This document shows, in pieces, positions 20,916 to 30,892 of a DNA stretch of 64,000 nt. The notes beneath the pieces are model-generated. The model had not been told where the DNA came from. It was given only the letters and a program-made list of their open reading frames with translations, and did no database searches. The position numbers and the translations under genes are program-made. Numbering within the stretch: the first letter of the stretch is position 1; each line of letters opens with the position of its first letter. Source of the DNA: an uncultured Mycoplasmatota bacterium (lineage in GTDB: Bacteria > Bacillota_I > Bacilli_A > RF39 > UBA660); NCBI GenBank assembly GCA_900547775.1, contig URHW01000003.1, positions 3,874 to 67,873 on the forward strand, given 5' to 3'.

Positions 20916-23423
20916 TTATAGTTTAAAGTCGTTTAAGAAGTCATCGATTGTGAGTTCTTGAATTTTTTCTTCTTCTTTTTTGATTTTAGGAAGTTCTATA
21001 TCTTCGTCTTTAATTATATCTAATTCTTGGGAAATGAAGACATCACTGATTGTTTGTTTTAAGATTACTGAACCAGTTGATTCTTTGTCCATGATTGGAA
21101 TATCACTATTTTTAACTAGATAAATGTCATCTTTAGATTTAATACCAATAATGTCTTTTGCGCTTGTACTAAAGGCTTTGATTATCTCATAGTTAGTTGA
21201 TTTAACTTTCTTTATTAGTGTTGTTCCTCTTTTAGCTCTGGATAACATATTTAACTCACTTAGTTTAACTCTTTTAGCAGTTTTTTGGTTAGTAAATATG
21301 TCGATGTATTCGTCTTTTTCACTATAACAGATACCACTTATAACATTATCATCTTTTAAGTTAATTCCTTTAACACCAGCGGCTTTAGGTCCACTTAATG
21401 GAATTTCGCTTGCCATATAGTTTAGATAGTAACCTGTTTTAGTAACGATAAGAACGTTAGGTTTAGTAATACAAACATTTACTACTTCATCAGTGTCTTT
21501 TAGTTTCATTGCTGTATAGGCTTTAGAGTATCTACTTACAATAAAATCATTAAGGTTTGTTCTTTTTACCATACCCTCACGAGTAAACATGGTAACTTCT
21601 GGATTAGTGACATTTTCACTTATGATGAAGGCATTAACTGCTTTATCATCTGGACTTATTGTTACAAAGTTACTAATATGCTTACCTAGGTCTTTCCATT
21701 TACATGATGGGATTTCATGAATTGGTAAGTATAGGTAGTTGCCACGTGATGTAAAGATACATAATTTATTTAAGGTGTTTGTTTGTTTGTAACAAATTAC
21801 ATAATCTCCTGGTTTTAAAGCGGTTTCACCATCTGCAGAGTTATGTGATTTAATAGGTACTCTCTTTAAATATCCGTCATTAGTTAGAACGATGATGACG
21901 TCTTCTTTTGTTATAAGATCTGTTTGATCTATTTTAATTTCTTTTATTGTTTCACTGATTTCTGTTTTTCTTGGAACACCATACTCTTTTTTCATCCTTC
22001 TAAGTTCATCTTTGATAACGCCTTTAAGTTTGGATTCGTCATTTAGAATACCAGTAAGTTCTTCAATTATTTTTCTTAAGTTTTCAAGTTTTTCATTTAG
22101 AACAGTGATATCTGTATTAGTTAGTCTATATAGTTGTAACATAACAATTGCTGTAGCTTGTTCTGTTGTAAAATCAAACTTTTTAACTAAATTCTCAATA
22201 GCATCTGGTTTATTTTTGCTTGCTCTAATAACGGCGATTACTTCGTCTAGTATGCTGATTGCTTTAACTAAACCTTCTGTAATATGCATTTCTTTTCTAG
22301 CAAATGCTAAATCAAAATTGGTTCTTTTTAAAATAACATCTTTTTGATGATCGATATAAGCATCAATAATCGGAATGATGCCAAGTAATCTTGGTCTTCT
22401 TTTATCAATACATACCATGTTGTAGTTATATGTTGTTTGAAGTTCAGTGTTTTTAAGTAAGTAATTTAAGACAAGTTCTTTATCAGCACCAGGCTTTAAA
22501 TCAATAACTATTCTAATATTAGAATCTTTATCTGATTCGTCACGAACTTCAGCAATACCATCTAGTTTCTTTTCAAAGCGTATGTCATCTATTTTTTTAA
22601 CAAGTAGCGCTTTATTTACTTCAAAGGGAATCTCTGAAATAACAATTTGATCTTTACCTTTATTCTTTTGAAATTCACTTTTGCTAGTTACAATAAGTTT
22701 TCCACGACCTGTTTTAAAAGCACTTTTAATACCATCTAATCCTTCAACAATACCACCAGTTGGAAAATCTGGGCCTTTAATTATTTCATAGATAGAGTCT
22801 TCATGACAATTAGGACTATCTATTCTCTTAATAACCGCATCACATACCTCAATTAAATTATGAGGTGGGATGTTTGTTGCATATCCGGCAGAAATTCCGT
22901 TAGTACCATTAACTAGTAGGTTAGGAAATTTTGCTGGCAATACTGTTGGCTCTAGTAAGGTATCTGAATAGTTAGGTGCCATCATAACGGTATCTTTATC
23001 AATATCTTTAAGTAATTCTTCACTTATTTTAGATAGTCTGCACTCTGTATAACGATATGCAGCAGGACCATCACCATCAATTGAACCATTGTTACCATCT
23101 ACTTCAACTAAGATATGGTTTTGTTTCCAACTTTGACTCATACGAATTAAAGCATCGTATACACTTGAGTCGCCATGTGGGTGGTATTTACCTAGTACAT
23201 TACCTACAGCGTTCGCACATTTTTTAAACTGTTTATCATAGGTGTTTTTATCTCTATACATTGCATAAATAATTCTTCTTTGAACTGGTTTAAGTCCGTC
23301 TCTTACATCTGGTATGGCTCTATCTTGAATAATATATTTAGAATAACGAGCAAATCTTTCACCCATTATTTCTTCTAAACTATAATCGTGAATTCTCTTT
23401 AATACTTCTTCCACTCTTATCAC
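20916..23423 (-). CDS. parC: Type IIA topoisomerase subunit A (ParC/GyrA family; ParC favoured)
   Basis: N-terminal RFARYSKYIIQDRAIPDVRDGLKPVQRRIIYAM; active-site region; no GyrA-box seen; no B subunit adjacent. Confidence 0.75.
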   Translation of the reverse strand: MIRVEEVLKRIHDYSLEEIMGERFARYSKYIIQDRAIPDVRDGLKPVQRRIIYAMYRDKNTYDKQFKKCANAVGNVLGKYHPHGDSSVYDALIRMSQSWKQNHILVEVDGNNGSIDGDGPAAYRYTECRLSKISEELLKDIDKDTVMMAPNYSDTLLEPTVLPAKFPNLLVNGTNGISAGYATNIPPHNLIEVCDAVIKRIDSPNCHEDSIYEIIKGPDFPTGGIVEGLDGIKSAFKTGRGKLIVTSKSEFQKNKGKDQIVISEIPFEVNKALLVKKIDDIRFEKKLDGIAEVRDESDKDSNIRIVIDLKPGADKELVLNYLLKNTELQTTYNYNMVCIDKRRPRLLGIIPIIDAYIDHQKDVILKRTNFDLAFARKEMHITEGLVKAISILDEVIAVIRASKNKPDAIENLVKKFDFTTEQATAIVMLQLYRLTNTDITVLNEKLENLRKIIEELTGILNDESKLKGVIKDELRRMKKEYGVPRKTEISETIKEIKIDQTDLITKEDVIIVLTNDGYLKRVPIKSHNSADGETALKPGDYVICYKQTNTLNKLCIFTSRGNYLYLPIHEIPSCKWKDLGKHISNFVTISPDDKAVNAFIISENVTNPEVTMFTREGMVKRTNLNDFIVSRYSKAYTAMKLKDTDEVVNVCITKPNVLIVTKTGYYLNYMASEIPLSGPKAAGVKGINLKDDNVISGICYSEKDEYIDIFTNQKTAKRVKLSELNMLSRAKRGTTLIKKVKSTNYEIIKAFSTSAKDIIGIKSKDDIYLVKNSDIPIMDKESTGSVILKQTISDVFISQELDIIKDEDIELPKIKKEEEKIQELTIDDFLNDFKL

Positions 23424-23485
23424 CTTTAAGAATTATAACATAGAAAGCCCATCTTTTCCAAGACAAAAGCCAAAAAAAGAAGAAA

Positions 23486-26400
23486 CTAATTGAATTTCTT
23501 CTTTAAAATAGCTAGTAATATAAGTCCTAAAGCGCTAGTGCCCATTAGACTATATTCTAATAGATAACTATCACCTTCAATTCCAGTGTATGGAATATCT
23601 GGTTCTCCGTTAGTATCATCTCCACCTTCACCCATAACGAATTGGTATACATAGGTTACAACGATATCTTCTTTAGTATATTTACCTTTTACTTCGCCAA
23701 TAGTATTGATTAGTTCATAATCAGTGATAGTAGCTGGACTAGTTTGATAATCTGTACCAACTTGTCCATTAGTAGTAGTTTCTTCTAAAAGTACTTTACC
23801 ATCTTCATCAACATATTTAGTAATAACTTTACCCATATCTTTCTTGTAGTAGTAAATTACTTCAGTTACTTCATCAGTAAACATTCCACTAGCATTTTCT
23901 GGAGTACTTACTAAAATGTATCCATAAACATCTGCTTCTTTAGTAGTATAGTCTTTACTTACTTTACCATTAATAGTTTCATCTTCAGCAATTTTAATTG
24001 TAGTACCTTCTTCATAATGGTGAACAATTACTTTAGCATCCTTTAGAGAATAGATAAATGTAATTGTATTATCACTACTTTTTAATTTAATAGTTTGCTC
24101 TGTAGCACTTTCTAAATTATAGTTAGCAAATACTTTATTATCAGTTTCATCTTTAGCATAAGCAGTATAATTATCATTAATTCTACCAGTATCTTTAACT
24201 GGGTTAATTAAATCTATTACATTACCATCTTTGATTGTTACATATCTTACAGTAACATCAGTCTTCTTTAATTGATAGTAGAAAGTTGCTTCTTGCTTTT
24301 CACTTGTTAAAGTTCCACTTGTTGTACCTTTACTTTCTACATATTCATAGTCACCTAATTCTTCTGTTTTAGGACTAAATGAGAAAGATGTACCAATTTT
24401 ACCATTAACAACGTCATCTTTGAATAATTCTGTTGTTGTTTTATTACCATTATTATCAATGATATAGTGATGAGCTACGGCTCCAGCACTTTCAGCCTTT
24501 TCATAGTAGAAAGTATATTCTTTAGTAGTTAAATCAAATGTTGCGTTTTGAGTCTTGCTACCAACTACAACATAGTCTTTAATATCTTTAGCATTAATTA
24601 CTTTTGTTTCAGTTACTTTACCATCAAAAGTATCATCATCTACTAATTTTGTATTAGTATCTTTTTCTACATAATGAACAATAATCTTAGAATCTTTAAG
24701 TTCATAATAGAAATTGATAACATTTCCTTCTTTAGCAAGGGTAATAGTTTCTTGATTATTACTTACTAAATTATAATTATTTAAAGTTAAAGCGTATTCT
24801 GTAACCTTATCCCCAATATATAAGTCTCCATTATTAGCGTTCTTAGAAATTGTTTTACTATCAGCTACTTTTTTATTAGAGCCTTTTTCTAAGTAGTTAA
24901 CAGTGTATTCTGCTGTAACACCCTTTACTGTGATAGTAACAGTTGAAACTTCTGACTTTGCATAAGTTTTATTTCCTTCTTTATCTGTGATTGTAGTTTT
25001 AATATAATATGTGAAATTATCATCACCACGGAAATTGTTATTTGGATTATATTTAAGTGATCCATCTTGATTAAGTTCTAGTGAACCATATTTTGTATTG
25101 TTAACGATTACAATTTCATCTAGTACACTTTTAGCTTCAGCTTCTTGTTTTCCTTTGTAATCATTAGATTTAATACCATCATTAGCATCTACTACTAATT
25201 CTTCATTAGTATTTGTTTCATAATTATCGTCCATAGTTCTTGGTGCAATAGGTGCAACAGGGTTGATTAGGTTTTCATTAATCTTACCATCAACATTTTC
25301 ATAGAACTTATTACCATCAGCAGCGGTACCAGTAACAGTAGCACCATTATTAGTGTACATACTACCATAATAATTTTCATTTGCTGTTACAGTAAATTCT
25401 AATTCTTCTGGTTTTTTAGAAGATAATTCATTAAATTTATAGATAATTATTGTTTGATCTTTTTCTTCAACAATTTCTACGGCATCGTCATATTTTTCTT
25501 TTAAAGCAACTTTATCAACAGTGAATGTACTTGGAACAACGTCTCTAATAGTTAAGTCTTTAGCAACAACTTCTATATCTTTTGATACAGCAGCAAATGC
25601 TTCGTTTAATTTAGCACTATCATTTGCATCAAAGTATCTGCCACCATTTTTAACAATTGATTGTAAAAATTTTTCAGCATCACTATCAGCACCTACTCCA
25701 AAGCCAATTGAGTATATTTTACCAGTAAATGATTCTGCTTCTTCTTTTGCAGCCTCACTAGGTTTTTTCATGTAACCAGCATCACATGCTCCTACAATTT
25801 CATATCCTTCATACCAGTCAAGATATTTAGAATAATATCCTCTCGCCTCACATTTATAAGTTGTGCCATCAACTCTATCTTCATATGTGGCATATCCATC
25901 CCTAACATAATTTCCATTTAGTTCATATCTGTCTGATGTTGATGTAAAACCTATAGTACTTAGACTCTCATGTTCATCTGTTTTTCCTGTACCATGAGTA
26001 TGTTGCACTCCATCTTTAACTGTTGTAAAGAACGTTGGAAGTCCATCTGAAAGAACAATTAAGTCTTTTTCATTCTTTTTGTCAGTAAACAATTTCTTTG
26101 CTTCTCTGATACCTTCTTGAACGTTAGTTCCACCATCTGCTGCTTCTTCACTGTTTAAGCAAGCATCTAACTTTGCAGCATCATCTGAAAGTGCACATGT
26201 TTTAGTTACGTTAGTATCATACCAAACTACGCCAATCTTGATTTTTCCCTTATTTTCTTCTACTAGTAGGCTATCGATGAAGGCATCAGTAGCATCTTTT
26301 AGTGTGTCTAGTTTAGATTTACTAGCATTTACTAAATAATCTTTCATACTTCCTGATGAGTCTAGAACAAGTACTATTTCTCTATCGCTTTGTTCTGTTA

Positions 26401-26605
26401 TGGTGTATGGATTACCACTTACAGTTATTTTAACTTTAGCACTTCTACTAGTTTCATCACCGATACGTTCTGCAGTTTTAGTAGCAGTAACTTTACCAGC
26501 GTTTGGATTAGTATCAGCAAATACAACAAAAGTATTACCAAATACAGAAGTAATTGTTATAACTAATGCCATAAGTAACTGACCTAAATTTTTCAATTTT
26601 TTCAT
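23486..26605 (-). CDS. Cell-wall anchored adhesin: signal peptide, vWA domain, about five MucBP-like repeats, C-terminal sorting signal IPYTG
   Basis: MIDAS motif VLVLDSSGSM; repeated V-x-V-x-Y-V-x-x-D-G…TFYY modules; C-terminus IPYTG plus hydrophobic stretch plus KKKFN. Confidence 0.75.
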   Translation of the reverse strand: MKKLKNLGQLLMALVITITSVFGNTFVVFADTNPNAGKVTATKTAERIGDETSRSAKVKITVSGNPYTITEQSDREIVLVLDSSGSMKDYLVNASKSKLDTLKDATDAFIDSLLVEENKGKIKIGVVWYDTNVTKTCALSDDAAKLDACLNSEEAADGGTNVQEGIREAKKLFTDKKNEKDLIVLSDGLPTFFTTVKDGVQHTHGTGKTDEHESLSTIGFTSTSDRYELNGNYVRDGYATYEDRVDGTTYKCEARGYYSKYLDWYEGYEIVGACDAGYMKKPSEAAKEEAESFTGKIYSIGFGVGADSDAEKFLQSIVKNGGRYFDANDSAKLNEAFAAVSKDIEVVAKDLTIRDVVPSTFTVDKVALKEKYDDAVEIVEEKDQTIIIYKFNELSSKKPEELEFTVTANENYYGSMYTNNGATVTGTAADGNKFYENVDGKINENLINPVAPIAPRTMDDNYETNTNEELVVDANDGIKSNDYKGKQEAEAKSVLDEIVIVNNTKYGSLELNQDGSLKYNPNNNFRGDDNFTYYIKTTITDKEGNKTYAKSEVSTVTITVKGVTAEYTVNYLEKGSNKKVADSKTISKNANNGDLYIGDKVTEYALTLNNYNLVSNNQETITLAKEGNVINFYYELKDSKIIVHYVEKDTNTKLVDDDTFDGKVTETKVINAKDIKDYVVVGSKTQNATFDLTTKEYTFYYEKAESAGAVAHHYIIDNNGNKTTTELFKDDVVNGKIGTSFSFSPKTEELGDYEYVESKGTTSGTLTSEKQEATFYYQLKKTDVTVRYVTIKDGNVIDLINPVKDTGRINDNYTAYAKDETDNKVFANYNLESATEQTIKLKSSDNTITFIYSLKDAKVIVHHYEEGTTIKIAEDETINGKVSKDYTTKEADVYGYILVSTPENASGMFTDEVTEVIYYYKKDMGKVITKYVDEDGKVLLEETTTNGQVGTDYQTSPATITDYELINTIGEVKGKYTKEDIVVTYVYQFVMGEGGDDTNGEPDIPYTGIEGDSYLLEYSLMGTSALGLILLAILKKKFN

Positions 26606-26640
26606 AACCTTTTCCCTCCTAAATCTATATTAAACAATCT

Positions 26641-27348
26641 TTAAAGATTGATTAATTTCCTACTACTAACAATAAGATAATCTCTTGTTCCATCAAGCAA
26701 ACACGTTTGAAGGATTAAAATATCATCAGATTCGGTAACCTTAACATCTGAATTATATAAAGCATTTTCTCTAATTTTATTTATGTGACCTAAAAAGTCA
26801 TTTGTCTTAAGGGTCATATGTTCATCATCTTTTGTTCTTTTGACGGAAAAGATTTGATAAGTACTAACACCATTTTCATTTTCCAAATAAATTAAGTCAT
26901 TATTTTTTGTAAAATCAGGGTCTAAATACATTCTAAGATTTTTAAAAGCGACATCATACTTATTTGAGTTATGACCATATATGTTTATTTGTTTGTCTTC
27001 AAAAGTATTTCGGTAATCCATGAATACGGCACCAATTCGGCTTTTTTCTTTTTTTAGTGTGTGGTTTAGATAATAAGTGTTATTAGTTGTTTTAACAAAT
27101 AACGTATTAATATCGGCACCCGGCACGCTTATAGAGCCAGCAATATCCTCATTACCATATTCTTGTTTGAAATTGTAATACTTTTCCTTTAAATTTGTTT
27201 CTTTGTCTTCTTTATCTTCCTTGATAACGCCTTCAAGAGCGACAATTTTTAATTTTTCATCATTGTGATGACGAATAATTATAAGACCTAAAGAGGACAT
27301 AAAAACAATTAGACAAAGGCTAAATAAAACATAATACCATTTTTTCAT
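26641..27348 (-). CDS. Sortase (class B-like)
   Basis: N-terminal TM, IYGHN His region, ILQTC catalytic Cys (TLxTC), downstream Arg; 235 aa. Confidence 0.75.
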   Translation of the reverse strand: MKKWYYVLFSLCLIVFMSSLGLIIIRHHNDEKLKIVALEGVIKEDKEDKETNLKEKYYNFKQEYGNEDIAGSISVPGADINTLFVKTTNNTYYLNHTLKKEKSRIGAVFMDYRNTFEDKQINIYGHNSNKYDVAFKNLRMYLDPDFTKNNDLIYLENENGVSTYQIFSVKRTKDDEHMTLKTNDFLGHINKIRENALYNSDVKVTESDDILILQTCLLDGTRDYLIVSSRKLINL

Positions 27349-27542
27349 ATTTACCCCCTAAAATAATATATGAATAAATAACCCAATTAGTATAATCTTA
27401 CCTTTTTAAGGCAAAATCTCCCAAAATTGTTTTACAAGTACTATATACTAAAGGAGAAAATAGATTCTGTCAATATTTAAAATTGCAAATTTTAAAATTT
27501 TGGATAAAAAAAGAGGAACTAGTAAAAAAGTTCTCTTTGAGT

Positions 27543-27568
27543 AAAAAAAAGACTGATAATAATCAGCC
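27543..27568 (-). terminator. Rho-independent terminator after thioredoxin-like gene
   Basis: Short GC-containing hairpin (CTGAT/ATCAG) immediately after stop followed by T8 on minus strand. Confidence 0.45.
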
Positions 27569-28261
27569 TTATTTTAGTTTTGCATAATAATCCTTAAAGA
27601 TATTAGATAATTCTTCTTTTTCAGAATCATTCATCTCTAAGTAAGGATTACCATCTACTCTTTTACTATAAGATTCTAAAGTTTCTTCTAAACCTAGAAC
27701 TTTACCATCTTTAACAAAAATTACTGTAGGTAAATAGATTCTCTTAATAGAGTCATCTTTAAGACCATCATAAACAGGCAAGTAATCTTTTAAAATATCT
27801 ACTAATTTTAAGTAATCTTCAGTGCCTTTCTTTTCAGTCTTAATTTTACCCTTTTTAGTTAGTGATAGTGTATTACGATCACCTGAAATATTTAAATAAT
27901 ATATTGGACTAACTTTTTCTTCTAAAGCAGAGTCAACAAGTACTGGTACTAAATTACGGCACCATGGGCACTCTGGAAAACCTAAATAGATTACTCCAGT
28001 ACCTTTATCTAAAATATCAAAGATTTCCTCATAATTAGAATAACTAATTGGATTATAACTCTTAATATCAATGCTTAGATAATTTTTACCATTACCATTA
28101 TCTTTACCATTTAAGCTTTCATACTCTTCTTTAAATTTTAAAGAATCGTTAGTTATTGTGTAACTCGGTCCATCATCCTTCTTAGAGAACATAAAATATC
28201 CCATAATAACAAGAATAATAACAACAATTACGCCTGTAATTACTTTAGCCTTTTTGTTCAT
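27569..28261 (-). CDS. Membrane-anchored thioredoxin-fold thiol-disulfide oxidoreductase
   Basis: N-terminal TM; CPWC active-site motif in thioredoxin-like context. Confidence 0.6.
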   Translation of the reverse strand: MNKKAKVITGVIVVIILVIMGYFMFSKKDDGPSYTITNDSLKFKEEYESLNGKDNGNGKNYLSIDIKSYNPISYSNYEEIFDILDKGTGVIYLGFPECPWCRNLVPVLVDSALEEKVSPIYYLNISGDRNTLSLTKKGKIKTEKKGTEDYLKLVDILKDYLPVYDGLKDDSIKRIYLPTVIFVKDGKVLGLEETLESYSKRVDGNPYLEMNDSEKEELSNIFKDYYAKLK

Positions 28262-28273
28262 AGAAACCTCAGG

Positions 28274-29143
28274 TTATTTAATTTGATTCATAACTTCTTC
28301 AGCAAAGTTGTCGCTTCTATGTTCCATACCTTCGCCTACTTCATAACGAACCATTTTTAAAACTTCTCCACCATTATTTTTAACGTAAGTTTTAACATCA
28401 ATGTCACCATCTTTAATGAATGGTTCATCTAATAAACAAATTTCTTTGAAGAATTTTTTAAGTCTACCTTCAACCATTTTAGCAGCGATATCAGCAGGCT
28501 TTCCTTCATTAATAGCTTGTTCAGTAAATACTTTTCTTTCTCTTTCAATACGCTCTGCATCAATATCTTCTTCTTTTAAGTATTCTGGTCTCATTGCAGC
28601 AGCTTGCATAGCAACGTCTTTAGCAACATCACTATTTGCTCCCTCTAATAGTGTTAATACAGCAATCTTACCGCCCATATGTAAGTAAGCGCCAAAATTT
28701 TGAGTATCAGTTTTTTCAACAACTTCTAATCTTCTTAAAGATAACTTTTCACCAATTTTACTTGTTTTAGCAACGATTAAATCAGCAATAGTTCCTTCAC
28801 TTGATGGAAGAAGTAGAGTTTCTTCTAGAGTCTTAGCATCTGATTTTAAAACTGCTTCACCAATTTCTTTAATCATATCAGTAAATTCAGCATTCTTACT
28901 AACAAAGTCAGTTTCAGAGTTAACCTCTAAAATTACAGCCTTATTATCTGATGTAAAGATATTAGCTAGACCTTCAGCAGCAATTCTGCTTTCTTTTTTA
29001 GCAGCTTTAGCAATACCTTTTTCTCTTAAGTAATCAATAGCTTTTTCTAAATCACCATTAGACTCAGTTAAAGCCTTTTTGCAGTCCATCATACCTGCAC
29101 CAGTTTTGCTTCTTAATTCAGCAACGCTTTTAGCATCAATCAT
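28274..29143 (-). CDS. tsf: Elongation factor Ts
   Basis: EF-Ts N-terminal UBA-like motif ELRSKTGAGMMDCKKAL; length 289. Confidence 0.9.
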   Translation of the reverse strand: MIDAKSVAELRSKTGAGMMDCKKALTESNGDLEKAIDYLREKGIAKAAKKESRIAAEGLANIFTSDNKAVILEVNSETDFVSKNAEFTDMIKEIGEAVLKSDAKTLEETLLLPSSEGTIADLIVAKTSKIGEKLSLRRLEVVEKTDTQNFGAYLHMGGKIAVLTLLEGANSDVAKDVAMQAAAMRPEYLKEEDIDAERIERERKVFTEQAINEGKPADIAAKMVEGRLKKFFKEICLLDEPFIKDGDIDVKTYVKNNGGEVLKMVRYEVGEGMEHRSDNFAEEVMNQIK

Positions 29144-29158
29144 ATTTATCCTCCTAAA

Positions 29159-30091
29159 CTATTTTAATGCTTGTAATAATTCTTCTTTTTTCATTGAAGA
29201 GTATCCTTTAACGCCTTTTTTCTTAGCAACTTGTTTAAGTTCAGCTAAAGTTTTTAGTGTTAAATCTTCATCTTCAGTAGTTTTTTCTTCCTTTATAGCT
29301 TCTTTAGTTTTTTCATCTTCTAAGCTTTCAACGAAAACTTCTTTTACAGTTTTAGTTTGTTTTTCACTTTTTTTAGATTTGTCATCTTCTGTAACGTAGT
29401 CAACCATTTCTAATCCACGTGCTTCACAAATAGCATTGTTAAGTACACCTAAAACGACTTTAACACTTCTTACAGCATCGTCATTACCTGGAATTACGAA
29501 ATCAACATCATCTGGATCACAGTTAGTATCAACTAAACCGAATACAGGAATGTTTAATTTACGTGCTTCATGAATAGCGTTAATTTCCTTCTTAGGATCA
29601 ACGATAATTAAAGCATCTGGTAATTTTTCCATGTTACGAATACCACATAAAACTTTATTTAGTTTATCATATTCTTTCTTTAATCCGATAACTTCTTTTT
29701 TAGGTAAAACTTCGAATAATCCGTCTGCTTCCATCTTTTCGATTTCTTCTAAACGTTTAATTCTCTTTCTGATAGTTCTGAAGTTAGTTAATGTTCCACC
29801 TAACCATCTTTCGATTACATAGTAAGAATTACTTCTTAAAGCTTCTTCTTTAGCAGCTTCATTTGCTTGCTTTTTAGTTCCAACAAATAAGAAATTTCCT
29901 CCGTTTTCTGCAATCTTTTTAATTTCTGCGTAAGCACTTTCAATGCATGATGCAGTCTTTTCAAGGTCGATAATATAAATATCATCTCTTGATGTAAAGA
30001 TGTATTCCTTCATTTTAGGATTCCATCTTTTTGTTTGATGTCCGAAATGAACACCTGCTTCTAATAAATAACTCATAGAAACAACAGCCAT
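29159..30091 (-). CDS. rpsB: 30S ribosomal protein S2 with about 65-aa C-terminal extension
   Basis: [27 protein letters not shown] nearly identical to B. subtilis S2 N-terminus; extension ends with Rho_N-like motif [33 protein letters not shown]. Confidence 0.9.
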   Translation of the reverse strand: MAVVSMSYLLEAGVHFGHQTKRWNPKMKEYIFTSRDDIYIIDLEKTASCIESAYAEIKKIAENGGNFLFVGTKKQANEAAKEEALRSNSYYVIERWLGGTLTNFRTIRKRIKRLEEIEKMEADGLFEVLPKKEVIGLKKEYDKLNKVLCGIRNMEKLPDALIIVDPKKEINAIHEARKLNIPVFGLVDTNCDPDDVDFVIPGNDDAVRSVKVVLGVLNNAICEARGLEMVDYVTEDDKSKKSEKQTKTVKEVFVESLEDEKTKEAIKEEKTTEDEDLTLKTLAELKQVAKKKGVKGYSSMKKEELLQALK

Positions 30092-30250
30092 ATAAAATCA
30101 CTTTCCTTTCGTTAATTACCCATAAACGTCTTCTTAAACTACCAACCTTTGGCCACTAGGCGATTTAATCAGTTTATGTACATAATGGTATTAAAACCAA
30201 GAATATATTATCAAAAAATATGCTTCTATGCAAGCGTTTATGCTGAAAAA

Positions 30251-30832
30251 CTAGAAGATGATGTTGTTATTTTCATCAAATCTTATTTCTAAAAATTTAC
30301 GGCTTGCTAAATAGTCACACATGTGAACGAAACTTTGGTATTTAGTTTTAGGTGTTTCTAGGATTTCATCTTCATTATAATCTCTTGTATATGGGCCCAT
30401 GTGAGTTCTAATTACTTCACTGATAAATAAAGCATCTTCTTCGTTTAGCCCAGCTTCTTTTTGATGCTCTAAAACAAAGTTTGCCATTAAAATAGGATGA
30501 TCAAAACGGGTATATTTTTCTTCTGTTAATCCTCTTTTTAACCCGTCATGGATAAGCAAACCAAAGAGCATCATATCTTTTTGATGATCTGTGTATTTAT
30601 TACCTATTAAAGGATTATCTAGTAGTTCTTTACCAATTCTTACTGATGCTTTTAAATGTCTTAAAAGACCACCATCACCTGTAGCATAGTCTGGATGATA
30701 CTTACCTGTACTAGATGCTCCCTCATGCAAGATATATTCTGGAATATTATTAATATAATAAACTAGTGCTTTTTTTAAATTTTCATCGTTAATATAATTT
30801 ATTTCTCTTTTAAAAATTTCTTCTCTATTCAT
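30251..30832 (-). CDS. HD-domain phosphohydrolase
   Basis: H…HD…D metal-binding pattern (LLIHDG). Confidence 0.55.
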   Translation of the reverse strand: MNREEIFKREINYINDENLKKALVYYINNIPEYILHEGASSTGKYHPDYATGDGGLLRHLKASVRIGKELLDNPLIGNKYTDHQKDMMLFGLLIHDGLKRGLTEEKYTRFDHPILMANFVLEHQKEAGLNEEDALFISEVIRTHMGPYTRDYNEDEILETPKTKYQSFVHMCDYLASRKFLEIRFDENNNIIF

Positions 30833-30892
30833 AATTACCTCACAAAATATTCTAGCATTAACATATACTTATGGCAAGAAAAAAAAGAGGCC

